Source: Candidatus Caccoplasma intestinavium (GTDB lineage: Bacteria; Bacteroidota; Bacteroidia; Bacteroidales; UBA11471). From it: a stretch of 64,000 nt of DNA. Positions 11,133 through 21,256 of the stretch are shown here, piece by piece. The DNA lies in contig DVKT01000022.1 in the NCBI GenBank assembly GCA_018715885.1, positions 24,119 through 88,118 of the forward strand. Direction: 5' to 3'. The translations under genes and the position numbers were made by a program. Positions within the stretch are counted from its first letter, which is position 1; every line of letters starts with the position of its first letter. The notes under the pieces were generated by a model. That model had not been told where the DNA came from. It searched no databases and saw only the letters and a program-made list of their open reading frames with translations.

Positions 11133-12158
11133 TCAATGCATAATCTTAAAAACAAGCTCTTTCAATAAATCGGCAATAGACGTGTCCGGAGCACACTCCA
11201 CTCCTTTCGAATGTGCATCATATCGCCGTATTTCAGATATAATCTCAACACATTTCCCGGCTTTATACAGTTGCAATCCCCGCACATAATCATCGGCAGC
11301 ATACCAGTTTACCCCTAACTCCGAAACAATACCATTATTGTTTTTAGGACATGAGGAATAATGTAGCAACAGAAGATTAGCAAAGAATGTAAACAATGAG
11401 CTGAACGCTATAAACGGTTGTTCCGATTTGGTATTCTGCCCGTAATATTTTATAATTCGATTGGCTTTCAACAAATCTCTCTGCGATATAGCCTTGACCA
11501 ATTCCGTATTATTGAATTCCTTGCTGATTCCGACATGCAATTCAACCGTATCTGCGGTAATTCGCTTTTCTCCGGATAAAGACAATAACACGCATAGTTT
11601 ATCGATTTCACCTGCCAGTCGGGACAAGTTTGTCCCGATCGCTTCGCACAGCATGCTCGAAGCCCTATCATCTATACCGAGATTTTTGTCATGCACATAG
11701 CTGTTGACAAATGCCGGCAATTGACTTTCGTAAGTTCTTTTCGATTCAAAAACGACTCCTTGTCTGTTTATTTCGGCAATAATCTTTTTATTCTTCAACG
11801 TACCGTTCTTGTAATTCAGTACTAAGACGGTTGTAGGTTGAGGATTTTGCAAATACAAAAGTAAATCATCTATACTCCGCATCATCTGCATTTCCTTCAC
11901 CACAACCAATTGTCGCTCCGACATCATCGGATAACGCCGAGAGGCTGTGAGGATTGTCGGCATATCGGTATCGGCTCCGTAAACGATGGTCTGATTGAAA
12001 TCCCGATCTTCATCTTTCAGAGCATGCCTGATGATCTCTTCCGTTATCAGATCGATATAATAAGGCTCCTCTCCCATAAGCAAATATACGGGTTTGAACG
12101 CTTTACGACGAATGTCTGCTATAATAGGTATATGCGCCGATGTTTCCTTTTGAGCCAT
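11133..12158 (-). CDS. holA: DNA polymerase III delta subunit
   Basis: 341 aa. The N-terminus FKPVYLLMGEEPYYID is typical of HolA. Size and helical C-terminal domains are consistent. Confidence 0.85.
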   Translation of the reverse strand: MAQKETSAHIPIIADIRRKAFKPVYLLMGEEPYYIDLITEEIIRHALKDEDRDFNQTIVYGADTDMPTILTASRRYPMMSERQLVVVKEMQMMRSIDDLLLYLQNPQPTTVLVLNYKNGTLKNKKIIAEINRQGVVFESKRTYESQLPAFVNSYVHDKNLGIDDRASSMLCEAIGTNLSRLAGEIDKLCVLLSLSGEKRITADTVELHVGISKEFNNTELVKAISQRDLLKANRIIKYYGQNTKSEQPFIAFSSLFTFFANLLLLHYSSCPKNNNGIVSELGVNWYAADDYVRGLQLYKAGKCVEIISEIRRYDAHSKGVECAPDTSIADLLKELVFKIMH

Positions 12159-12256
12159 AATCGAAAAACTATAATTTGGCAGAATATGCCATTTTGTGTA
12201 ATTTTGGAGGTAAAATTAGCGAATCTTCCCGGGACGCGCAAATGATATTGAGACGA

Positions 12257-12721
12257 ATGACCACTCTAAATCTTCCCAAATACATTTTCCGTACAAAAAC
12301 CGAAGACGGAAAACATTTCATTTACGACGACTGGCGTAAACGATACGTCTCTCTGACTCCGGAAGAATGGGTTCGACAACATTTCGCCCGCTTTCTCGTA
12401 CAGGAAAAAGGGTTTCCTGCCGGTCGTATGGGTAATGAAATATCATTGGTTCAAAACGGTCGTAAGCGACGTTGCGATACGGTGGTGTATGATAAAACAG
12501 GTCGGCCGTTCGTCATTGTTGAATATAAAGCTCCCCATGTGGAAATCACACAAACCGTATTCGATCAAATCGTACGCTACAATTCGGTATTACAAGTTCG
12601 ATACCTGATCATATCCAACGGAATCACCCACTATTGTTGCGAGGTCGACTACACAAAACACAAATGTATATTTCTCAAAGAAATTCCTTTTTATACCGAA
12701 TTGAGGCAAACACCGCCCTAA
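12257..12721 (+). CDS. Type I restriction enzyme HsdR N-terminal-domain protein (stand-alone PD-(D/E)xK-like)
   Basis: LTPEEWVRQHF...RCDTVVYD...VIVEYKAP pattern. The track ORF begins at 12176. Alternative starts are 12242 (MILRR) and 12257 (MTTLNLP), and the last is preferred by resemblance to family N-termini. Confidence 0.65.
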   Translation: MTTLNLPKYIFRTKTEDGKHFIYDDWRKRYVSLTPEEWVRQHFARFLVQEKGFPAGRMGNEISLVQNGRKRRCDTVVYDKTGRPFVIVEYKAPHVEITQTVFDQIVRYNSVLQVRYLIISNGITHYCCEVDYTKHKCIFLKEIPFYTELRQTPP

Positions 12722-12848
12722 AAATCTCAGGAAAATATTTCATTACAGAATATTCTCGTTAAAAAAAATCAAATAGATATTATTCAAGAAACTTTCTTCT
12801 TTTTCGTGTGTCTTTATGAATAAAAGTTTCATTTATAAATTTACCGTC

Positions 12849-13388
12849 ATGAAAAAGATTCTATTTTCCTTATTCATGTTGAGTCTACTCTCAACGTCTG
12901 TTATCGCTCAGCAACCTATACAGAAATCCGGAGACAACAATCGAAATAAAGAAATGCACAATACCCCAAAACCGGACATGAAAAAGGACAATAAAAAATG
13001 TTGCATGTCGGTAGCGGAAACGACAAAATTACAGACGGAACAATTGAAAACTCTTTTACAACTCTCCGATGAACAAACCCGGAAAGTCCATGCGATCTTA
13101 TTGCGAGGAAATCAAAACGACAGTATTATGAACATACAAGTCGAAAAAATGAGTAAAGACCAAATGGCACAGCATACAGCACAAGCCGAAGCCATAAAAA
13201 AACTTCTCACCCCTCAACAACAAGCTGCTATGGCTGCCATGCCGGCCTTTGCTTCGGGAAAAGAAATATCATGCCATACGATTTCTCAATGTGCTCCAAG
13301 TCAAAAAAAGCAAATGATGACAGATAAGAACCATCATAAAAAAAACGATAGTAAATCTTCTTCGGGAAAAATCCAAAATAAAAAATAA
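12849..13388 (+). CDS. Secreted low-complexity protein with LTxxQ-type (Spy/CpxP-like) repeats
   Basis: Signal peptide MKKILFSLFMLSLLSTSVIAQQ. LSDEQTRKV and LTPQQQAAM motifs. K-rich tail. Confidence 0.55.
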   Translation: MKKILFSLFMLSLLSTSVIAQQPIQKSGDNNRNKEMHNTPKPDMKKDNKKCCMSVAETTKLQTEQLKTLLQLSDEQTRKVHAILLRGNQNDSIMNIQVEKMSKDQMAQHTAQAEAIKKLLTPQQQAAMAAMPAFASGKEISCHTISQCAPSQKKQMMTDKNHHKKNDSKSSSGKIQNKK

Positions 13389-13421
13389 CTTCTCATTCAT
13401 TATTTCGCATGTAATTTTTCA

Positions 13422-13453
13422 AAAAGCAGCTCGGTGTTCCGAGCTGCTTTTTT
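13422..13453 (+). terminator. Rho-independent terminator
   Basis: aaaagcagctcgg-tgtt-ccgagctgctttt is a perfect 13-bp stem followed by a T-run. Confidence 0.8.
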
Positions 13454-13539
13454 ATAATATCAAATAATCTATCCCTTCATTTCGAATAAATTTTACAGAA
13501 AACCATATCTTTGCAATAGCTTTATAGATTTGTAAAAAT

Positions 13540-14910
13540 ATGGCTAAACTCAAAACTGTATATGTGTGTACCCAATGCGGTGCAGAGTCCCCTAAATGGA
13601 TCGGGAAATGCCCCTCATGTGGAGAATGGAACAGTTATGTCGAAGAAGTGATCAGTTCAAAATCTTCTACGACACAAAGCCCGTCGTATAGCACCGACTC
13701 CCCTCGTTCAAAACCTCAAAAACTCGAAGAAATCTCCATTTCGCAAGAAGAAAGAATCGACTTGCACGACACGGAATTGAACAGAGTTTTAGGGGGGGGG
13801 CTCGTTCCGGGGTCGATGGTATTGATCGGTGGAGAGCCCGGTATCGGAAAATCTACTCTCGTTTTACAGACCGTACTGGGTCTGACAGGGAAAAAAGTCC
13901 TTTATGTATCGGGAGAAGAAAGTGCCCGCCAACTGAAAATGAGAGCAGACAGACTACACCGCAACAATCCCGATTGTTATATCGTATGTGAAACTTCCCT
14001 CGAAGAAATATTTGTGCACATACGTAATGTACAACCCGACATCGTTATTATCGACTCGATACAGACTATCTCGACGCAGTCTATTGAATCTTCTCCCGGT
14101 AGTATTTCACAAGTACGAGAATGTGCTGCATCTATATTGAAATTTGCCAAAGAAACCCATACGCCGGTACTGGTCATCGGGCACATCAATAAAGAGGGAA
14201 GCATCGCAGGGCCCAAAGTATTGGAACATATTGTCGATGCGGTCTTGCAATTCGAAGGAGACCGGCATTACATGTACCGGATTTTACGTTCTATAAAGAA
14301 CCGATTCGGTAGCACAGCCGAATTAGGAATTTATGAAATGTTGCAAAACGGGCTTCGGGAAGTAAGCAATCCTTCGGAATTATTGCTTACGCAAGATCGT
14401 GAGGGGCTGAGCGGTGTAGCCATATCCGCCGCCATAGAAGGGATACGTCCCTTTCTTATCGAAGTACAATCTCTTGTAAGTACGGCGGCCTACGGAACGC
14501 CGCAAAGATCGGCAACAGGGTTCGATCTGCGACGCATGAACATGTTGCTTGCCGTATTGGAAAAAAGAGTCGGTTTCAAACTCGCTCAAAAAGATGTCTT
14601 TCTCAATATTGCCGGAGGATTGAAAGTCAATGATCCGGCAATGGACTTGGGCGTAATCAGTGCCGTCTTGTCTTCTAATATGGACATGGCGATAGAACGG
14701 GACATTGCCATGACCGGAGAAGTCGGCTTATCAGGTGAAATACGCCCTGTTACTCGGGTCGAACAGCGTATCCTTGAAGCCGAGAAACTTGGCTTCAAGC
14801 GTATACTCGTTCCGATCCTTAACTTAAAAGGTTTCGACTCAAAGCGACTGCAAATAGAAATCACACCGGTACGGAAAGTCGATGAAGCCTTCCGTCAATT
14901 ATTCGGATAA
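13540..14910 (+). CDS. radA: DNA repair protein RadA
   Basis: 456 aa. N-terminal zinc ribbon (CTQCGAESPKWIGKCPSCGEWNS), Walker A (GEPGIGKST), KNRFG motif and a Lon-like C-terminus. Confidence 0.95.
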   Translation: MAKLKTVYVCTQCGAESPKWIGKCPSCGEWNSYVEEVISSKSSTTQSPSYSTDSPRSKPQKLEEISISQEERIDLHDTELNRVLGGGLVPGSMVLIGGEPGIGKSTLVLQTVLGLTGKKVLYVSGEESARQLKMRADRLHRNNPDCYIVCETSLEEIFVHIRNVQPDIVIIDSIQTISTQSIESSPGSISQVRECAASILKFAKETHTPVLVIGHINKEGSIAGPKVLEHIVDAVLQFEGDRHYMYRILRSIKNRFGSTAELGIYEMLQNGLREVSNPSELLLTQDREGLSGVAISAAIEGIRPFLIEVQSLVSTAAYGTPQRSATGFDLRRMNMLLAVLEKRVGFKLAQKDVFLNIAGGLKVNDPAMDLGVISAVLSSNMDMAIERDIAMTGEVGLSGEIRPVTRVEQRILEAEKLGFKRILVPILNLKGFDSKRLQIEITPVRKVDEAFRQLFG

Positions 14911-14911
14911 T

Positions 14912-16477
14912 ATGATAAAAGAAATTTCCATACGAGTATTACCACAACAAGCGGCTTCCGAAACAGCTCTCAAAGGATTTCTTGCCCGGGAATTTGCACT
15001 AAATCCCAAAGATATACAAGCGGTAAGAATACTGAAACGCTCCATAGACGCACGAAAGAGACAAGTCATAATAAATCTTACGGTACGCATCTACCTGAAC
15101 GAGCTACCGCCAAACGATATGTTCTCTCCGATTATTTACGGAGATGTTTCGGACAAGCAGCAAGCAATTGTCGTCGGAGCAGGTCCGGCCGGACTTTTCG
15201 CTGCATTGAGGCTCATCGAGTTGGGTATGCGTCCCATCGTATTGGAACGTGGTAAGGATGTACATCAACGGCGTAAAGATATTGCCCGCATCAGCCGAGA
15301 ACATAAGGTAGACAGCGAATCGAATTATTGCTTCGGAGAAGGTGGTGCGGGAGCATTCTCCGACGGTAAACTCTATACCCGTAGTAAAAAACGCGGATCG
15401 GTCGATCGTATTTTATCTATTCTTTGTCAACACGGAGCCTCACTCGACATACTGGCCGATGCCCACCCTCATATCGGAACAGATAAGCTGCCTCGCGTTA
15501 TCGAAAATATCCGTCATACGATTTTGGAATCCGGCGGAGAAGTAAAATTTGGGACACGAATAGACGAACTTATATTTGATAGACAAGAAGTTATCGGCGC
15601 AAAATCTCATACCGGAAATGTTTTTCCCGGACCAGTGATTCTCGCAACCGGTCATTCCGCCAGAGATGTTTATTATTATCTACATCGAAATAATATCGAA
15701 TTGGAGGCAAAAGGTTTTGCCGTCGGTGTGCGGCTCGAACACCCCCAAGAACTCATCGATCGCATACAATACCATAATTCCGAGGGACGAGGTAAATATT
15801 TACCGGCAGCCGAATACAGTTTCGTAACCCAAATCAACGGTCGAGGTGTTTACTCGTTTTGCATGTGTCCCGGAGGTTTTATCGTCCCGGCAGCAAGCGG
15901 TCCCAATCAATTGGTTGTTAACGGAATGTCCCCATCAAACAGGGGCTCTCGATGGGCAAACTCGGGAATGGTCGTAGAAATACGCCCCGAAGATATTCCC
16001 GGATATGAAGTTCACGATGTTTTGGCTGGCATAAAATTTCAAGAAGAAATTGAGTATCAGTGTTTCATCAACGGAAATTGCCGCCAAACAGCTCCGGCCC
16101 AACGCATGACAGATTTCATCAACGGCAAAATATCGCCAGACCTCCCCGCCACATCGTATACACCCGGAGTAATATCTTCTCCTTTACACTTTTGGATGCC
16201 CTCACTTATTACCGAGCGGCTTCGACAAGGATTTCGCCATTTCGGGAAAATATCTCATGGCTTTCTTACTCGAGAAGCCCTCATGATAGGTGTAGAAACC
16301 CGCACCTCTTCTCCCATACGTATACCCAGAGACAGTGAGCAATTACACCATATCCGTTTCGATGGATTATATCCATGCGGCGAAGGTGCCGGATATGCAG
16401 GCGGTATCGTATCGGCGGCTATTGATGGTGAAAGATGCGCAGAAGCTCTCGCTTACAAGTACCTAAAACTTCAATAA
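14912..16477 (+). CDS. NAD(P)/FAD-dependent oxidoreductase (COG2509-type FAD-dependent protein)
   Basis: VVGAGPAGLFAALRL dinucleotide-binding motif. Start moved to MIKEIS (14912), immediately after the radA stop. Confidence 0.8.
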   Translation: MIKEISIRVLPQQAASETALKGFLAREFALNPKDIQAVRILKRSIDARKRQVIINLTVRIYLNELPPNDMFSPIIYGDVSDKQQAIVVGAGPAGLFAALRLIELGMRPIVLERGKDVHQRRKDIARISREHKVDSESNYCFGEGGAGAFSDGKLYTRSKKRGSVDRILSILCQHGASLDILADAHPHIGTDKLPRVIENIRHTILESGGEVKFGTRIDELIFDRQEVIGAKSHTGNVFPGPVILATGHSARDVYYYLHRNNIELEAKGFAVGVRLEHPQELIDRIQYHNSEGRGKYLPAAEYSFVTQINGRGVYSFCMCPGGFIVPAASGPNQLVVNGMSPSNRGSRWANSGMVVEIRPEDIPGYEVHDVLAGIKFQEEIEYQCFINGNCRQTAPAQRMTDFINGKISPDLPATSYTPGVISSPLHFWMPSLITERLRQGFRHFGKISHGFLTREALMIGVETRTSSPIRIPRDSEQLHHIRFDGLYPCGEGAGYAGGIVSAAIDGERCAEALAYKYLKLQ

Positions 16478-16484
16478 TATAACC

Positions 16485-17936
16485 ATGATCTCTTTTTGTA
16501 TTGCATTGGCGGCCTTAATCATAGGCTTTTTCACTTATGGGAAATTTGTAGAGCGGGTATTCGGAATAGACCCGGATAGAAAAACTCCGGCGATAGCCAA
16601 TCCCGACGGAGTCGATTTCGTTCCTTTGTCTGGTTGGAAAATTTTTATGATTCAATTTCTGAATATAGCAGGACTGGGTCCTATATTCGGGGCCATAATG
16701 GGGGCTAAATTCGGAACATCTTCGTTCCTTTGGATTGTTTTCGGCACGATTTTCGCCGGAGCTGTTCACGACTTTATGGCCGGAATGATTTCTTTACGCC
16801 ATAATGGAGAGAGTCTCCCCGAAACAATAGGTCGCTATCTGGGTGTTACAGCCAAGCAGATCATGCGCTTCTTCACCGTTATACTTATGATTCTTGTTGG
16901 CGTCGTATTTGTTGCTGGACCGGCCGACCTACTTGCCATGCTGACTCCCCAAAATTTAGATTCTACATTTTGGATTTTCGTCATATTCGCCTATTACATC
17001 TTGGCAACCATGTTTCCTATCGATAAAATCATAGGTCGAATCTATCCAGCTTTCGCAGTCGCCCTCATTTTCATGGCAATCGGCATTCTTTTCATGCTGT
17101 TCATTTCATTTCCCGATATTCCGGAAATTACGGACGGACTTTCCAATAAATCCGAGGATCCCGAAAACAATCCCATATTCCCCATGCTGTTCATCAGCAT
17201 TGCTTGTGGAGCCATATCGGGATTCCATGCTACACAATCACCATTGATGGCACGTTGTATGACCAATGAACGTCAAGGCCGTTATATCTTTTACGGGGCG
17301 ATGGTTACCGAAGGTATCGTGGCCTTGATATGGGCAGCGGCGGCAACCTATTTTTTCAGTCCCGAAGGTCAAGCATTTTTCCATATCACCGAGCCCGAAA
17401 AAGTCAATGGAAATTCCGCTGTTATCGTCAATATCATATCCAATGGCTGGTTGGGCATGGTCGGTGGTGCTTTGGCAATTCTCGGCGTCGTTGCCGCTCC
17501 TATTACATCGGGAGATACGGCATTCCGTTCCGCACGTCTTATTGTGGCCGATTTCCTACACATGGAACAGCGGAGCATTTCCAAAAGGCTTCTTATATGC
17601 ATACCGCTTTTTCTTGTGGCCATACTCATTCTCATATATAATCTTTCCGACCCGGCCGGATTTGAAAAAATTTGGAGATATTTTGCGTGGAGTAATCAAA
17701 CACTGGCTGTATTCACCCTTTGGGCTATTACCATATATTTATCCCGAAAAGGGAAACCTTATTGGATAACACTTATACCGGCGCTTTTTATGATGGCAGT
17801 CGTAATTACATATATTCTTTTCGATCGTTCGGGCATAGCGCTTCCCTATACGACATCTGTCATTATATCTGCAATCGCAGTCGTTATATCCGCTATATAT
17901 TTCTTCTTATATCGATATAAGGAAAAACACTCGTAA
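16485..17936 (+). CDS. cstA: Carbon starvation protein A (peptide/pyruvate transporter family)
   Basis: 483 aa polytopic membrane protein. The N-terminal FLNIAGLGPIFGAIMGAKFG is typical of CstA. Confidence 0.9.
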   Translation: MISFCIALAALIIGFFTYGKFVERVFGIDPDRKTPAIANPDGVDFVPLSGWKIFMIQFLNIAGLGPIFGAIMGAKFGTSSFLWIVFGTIFAGAVHDFMAGMISLRHNGESLPETIGRYLGVTAKQIMRFFTVILMILVGVVFVAGPADLLAMLTPQNLDSTFWIFVIFAYYILATMFPIDKIIGRIYPAFAVALIFMAIGILFMLFISFPDIPEITDGLSNKSEDPENNPIFPMLFISIACGAISGFHATQSPLMARCMTNERQGRYIFYGAMVTEGIVALIWAAAATYFFSPEGQAFFHITEPEKVNGNSAVIVNIISNGWLGMVGGALAILGVVAAPITSGDTAFRSARLIVADFLHMEQRSISKRLLICIPLFLVAILILIYNLSDPAGFEKIWRYFAWSNQTLAVFTLWAITIYLSRKGKPYWITLIPALFMMAVVITYILFDRSGIALPYTTSVIISAIAVVISAIYFFLYRYKEKHS

Positions 17937-17966
17937 TACTTTTGATATGGTTTGTATCGATAAATT

Positions 17967-17997
17967 TTTGGCAAACAAAAAAATTACATTACCTTTG
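17967..17997 (+). promoter_or_regulatory. Bacteroides-type promoter (TTTG-N19-TACCTTTG) for tRNA-Pro
   Basis: TTTG at 17967..17970, a 19-nt spacer, then TACCTTTG at 17990..17997, 12 nt before the tRNA 5' end. Confidence 0.5.
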
Positions 17998-18009
17998 TCG
18001 CCTGAAAAA

Positions 18010-18084
18010 CGGGGCGTAGCGCAGTCCGGTTAGCGCACCTGCTTTGGGAGCAGGGGGTCGCGAGTTCGAATCTCGCCACCCCGA
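18010..18084 (+). tRNA. tRNA-Pro (anticodon TGG)
   Basis: Manual cloverleaf: acceptor cggggcg/caccccg (one C-A mismatch), D stem gcgc/gcgc, anticodon stem cctgc/gcagg with loop tTTGGGa, and T arm gcgag-ttcgaat-ctcgc. Confidence 0.9.
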
Positions 18085-18091
18085 CTATCGG

Positions 18092-18140
18092 AAATAGGTT
18101 GATAATCAAATATATAACGCGATTATCAACCTATTTTTTA
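18092..18140 (+). terminator. Rho-independent terminator after tRNA-Pro
   Basis: aaataggttgataatc ... gattatcaacctattt is a 16-bp perfect stem followed by a T-run. Confidence 0.75.
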
Positions 18141-18237
18141 TTCTTTCATTTGTTAAAAATAGGACAAAAACATACCTTATTTTGTCTCTTTTATCTTATT
18201 GTGTTTTGTGTATCGTGCGTGCAAATAAATACACTGG

Positions 18238-19167
18238 TCAAATAGAAGAACCCTCCGTACCAACACAAAAGTATGTCCGTTTCAAATCCTTAATCACTGC
18301 AAGGGTATATTTTGCTGCTCCTTCGCTATTGAGATGAGCACTGTCTATGAAATACTCTCTTTTGTTATTAAAGGTTGTATCTGTGTAGTGGTTAATAAAC
18401 GGCACATGATAGCGCTGACATAGTTCCATTAAGGGTTTGAATGCCGACGCATCTGTATTTTTATATTGTGGAGATGCCATAAATACAAGGGAAATACGGG
18501 AATCTCGACAATCTTTTATCAACCGTTCCAAATAATACAGTTTCAGAGGGTCTATCTCACAAGCGGACGTCGTTCCTGTTTCTTGCAAGACAGGCTCATA
18601 CGTCATTTGTCCTTCTAAGGGAACGTAACCATTTATATTTTTTCGCAAAGGCTTTATATTATCCATCATGATTTGAAGGAATTGGGAATTAAAGCGATAG
18701 GATTGTACCATCATCTTGAACCTTTCATTCTTATCCACCGACCAAAAGATAGAATCGACAGCTGGTTCACCGTAATAATATCTCAACCCCGGCAAATAAG
18801 CCATGTTATCGCCTTTCCACAGATCAAAGTTCGGCATGACATCATAGACAATCATTTGTGGGTGATACCTCTGCTGTATCATCTTGAACCAACCATACAG
18901 CAAGATTATTCCATTCCCGTCTTTACCACAATTGTAACAAGACATTTGCAACGAATCTTCCAATAACAACGGATCATAATGGTGGAGCGCTCGCGAAGAG
19001 CCGAAAATCAGCAGGTCTTCCGAAGTCTGTTTACAAATGTAATTAACCCTTCTAGTTTCACCACCTTTTGCACTGTCCACTAACGTTTGGAAACATATAC
19101 CTAAAGCGGTATCGACAAGAAATAGAATGACTAAAAACAAGATAATCTTAGCTACAAGCTGTCTCAT
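18238..19167 (-). CDS. SGNH/DltD-like membrane-anchored protein (partner of the MBOAT acyltransferase)
   Basis: 309 aa with an N-terminal TM anchor. Block I-like IFGSSRA and block V-like DSAHLN are present. Lies 10 nt downstream of the MBOAT gene. Confidence 0.55.
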   Translation of the reverse strand: MRQLVAKIILFLVILFLVDTALGICFQTLVDSAKGGETRRVNYICKQTSEDLLIFGSSRALHHYDPLLLEDSLQMSCYNCGKDGNGIILLYGWFKMIQQRYHPQMIVYDVMPNFDLWKGDNMAYLPGLRYYYGEPAVDSIFWSVDKNERFKMMVQSYRFNSQFLQIMMDNIKPLRKNINGYVPLEGQMTYEPVLQETGTTSACEIDPLKLYYLERLIKDCRDSRISLVFMASPQYKNTDASAFKPLMELCQRYHVPFINHYTDTTFNNKREYFIDSAHLNSEGAAKYTLAVIKDLKRTYFCVGTEGSSI

Positions 19168-19177
19168 ATATATAGGA

Positions 19178-20608
19178 TCAAAAACTTACATAAATAAATT
19201 GTCCTGCATCGAATACACCGCAAAGCAATATGGCACACAACAAAAAAATGTAAACAGACCATCGAACAGCCGCATGCCTACTAACTATCTGTAATCGGTT
19301 TTGTGGAACAAACTCGGTTACACAATCCACAAGGATAACCATGAGTATGGAAGAAAACGATAGCAACATGTCTGTTTTTGATGAGAGAGACAATGGTGAA
19401 ATCAAATCGGTAAATATTTTCGCCGTTACATTCCATCCGTCTGCTATGCTCGGCATCCTGAAAATAATCCACGCGAAATTCACCAATAAAAAAGTAATCG
19501 TCATGCGTCCGACACGTACGATCCCCTTAACCTGAGAATATTGTAGCCCCAAAGCTTTTTCTATGATTTGGAATACACCATGTAAGATACCCCATACTAC
19601 AAATGTCCAATTTGCACCATGCCAGATGCCGCTAATCAGGAAAGTAACAAAAATATTCCAATAGTTGCGCATTTTGCTACAACGGTTTCCTCCTAATGGA
19701 ATATATACATAATCTTTTAACCATATTGAAAGAGAGATATGCCACCTGTGCCAAAAGTCTGTAATAGAGACAGCCAAGTAGGGACGGCGGAAATTATTGA
19801 TCAAGTTGAAGCCCATCAACCGCCCCACACCTATGGCTATCAACGAATAACCAGCAAAGTCGCCATAAATTTGAAAAGTATAGAATATGCTGGCTAACAA
19901 GCAGCTTGCCCCCGAATTATATATGTAGTTATCAAAAATACTATCTACATACAGTCCCACTCTGTCGGCCATTACCACTTTAAGAAACAGCCCCCATAAT
20001 ATTTGTTTCAGTCCTTGCACTGTTTCGACCGGATCGAATGTTCTTTCTCCTTTGATTTGAGGAAGCAGAGAAGAGGCCTTGCTGATGGGGCCAGACAGAA
20101 TCTGAGGGAAAAAAGATACAAACAGCATATAGTCCCACCAATTGTATTCGGGTCGGATACGCTGGAAATACACATCGAACAAATACCCTACAGCCTGAAA
20201 AGTAAAAAAAGATATGCCGACAGGTATGGCCCAATTCAGTCCGGGAAGTTCGCCCCATCCAAAAAGGCTGGCAAAAGAACTCGTAATAAAATTATAGTAC
20301 TTGAACACTAACAGCGGAAGAAGTGCCAGAGCTATTCCGCAACTTATCAGTAAAAATTTCCTTCGCCATTGCCCAACTGCATTTCCAATCCACAAAGCAA
20401 ACAGGTATGTTTCGGCAGTTATACCCAATAAAATCAGTGCATAAGCAGGATTCCACTGCATATAGAGGGCATAAGACACGATCAGCAGCAATCTATTTGC
20501 AACAATTGTCTTACTGATTTTTAAAGGCACAAACAAAATTGGCAAGAAATAATAAGCAACTAAAATTAGCGGCAACAACCATAAAAATTGGAAGGAGTTG
20601 TATAACAT
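19178..20608 (-). CDS. MBOAT-family O-acyltransferase (AlgI/DltB-like)
   Basis: 476 aa polytopic protein. Signature FWHRWHISLSIWLKDYVYIPLGGNR with the conserved His. Confidence 0.9.
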   Translation of the reverse strand: MLYNSFQFLWLLPLILVAYYFLPILFVPLKISKTIVANRLLLIVSYALYMQWNPAYALILLGITAETYLFALWIGNAVGQWRRKFLLISCGIALALLPLLVFKYYNFITSSFASLFGWGELPGLNWAIPVGISFFTFQAVGYLFDVYFQRIRPEYNWWDYMLFVSFFPQILSGPISKASSLLPQIKGERTFDPVETVQGLKQILWGLFLKVVMADRVGLYVDSIFDNYIYNSGASCLLASIFYTFQIYGDFAGYSLIAIGVGRLMGFNLINNFRRPYLAVSITDFWHRWHISLSIWLKDYVYIPLGGNRCSKMRNYWNIFVTFLISGIWHGANWTFVVWGILHGVFQIIEKALGLQYSQVKGIVRVGRMTITFLLVNFAWIIFRMPSIADGWNVTAKIFTDLISPLSLSSKTDMLLSFSSILMVILVDCVTEFVPQNRLQIVSRHAAVRWSVYIFLLCAILLCGVFDAGQFIYVSF

Positions 20609-20921
20609 AAAAAGTCTGTTGGGAAGGGAATTTATATAATAATCAAAGTTACTGACACTTGGTTTTCTATCACATCATGAATCAAAAATTACCCATGTAC
20701 CAAGTATCCATCCACTTCAGTATTCAAAACTCATAAATAAATTCGTATTCTTGTCTTGATAGACAAATAACTATTCTACATTCCATAAGGTGGGTCAAGC
20801 ACATTTCCGTAATAACAAATTTTATTTATGTTGCAAAGATATAAATACAGATAATACAATAATCAAAAGAATACTATAATTTTAAGGAAAAAGTCATCAA
20901 ACCATTACCCATTTCTATACT

Positions 20922-20955
20922 TTTAAAGGGCAGACCAAATAGTCTCCCCTTTAAA
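20922..20955 (-). terminator. Hairpin downstream of the small ORF (possible terminator)
   Basis: tttaaagggcagac-caaata-gtctcccctttaaa forms a 14-bp stem with one mismatch. No clean distal T-tract. Confidence 0.35.
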
Positions 20956-20976
20956 TAAAAATCGCATCAAAAATTT

Positions 20977-21249
20977 TTACTCCCTAGCGGTATCAACACA
21001 AAGAAGGCAAGGTTTTCGTCCCATCTTTTTTGCCGATTCCAATGAATATATTTTTACTTTCCCCTGACATTGCTTCAATGCCGGACAATCCTTATCGGCA
21101 TGATAAGTCGCCGCATATGCCCCCATGCACAAGAACGTTATTTTCAATCGTGCCGGAGGTTTTACGGCCGGCAAATTTTGCCCGCAAAAAAGTAAAATGA
21201 CGATGCTCAATACAAAAAATAATATATGACGACTCCGTAACACGCTCAT
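20977..21249 (-). CDS. Small secreted/membrane protein with an Ada-type Cys motif
   Basis: 90 aa with an N-terminal hydrophobic segment. The C-terminal YHADKDCPALK...GRKPCLLC pattern resembles an Ada-like Zn-binding motif. Confidence 0.4.
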   Translation of the reverse strand: MSVLRSRHILFFVLSIVILLFCGQNLPAVKPPARLKITFLCMGAYAATYHADKDCPALKQCQGKVKIYSLESAKKMGRKPCLLCVDTARE

Positions 21250-21256
21250 ACACCAT

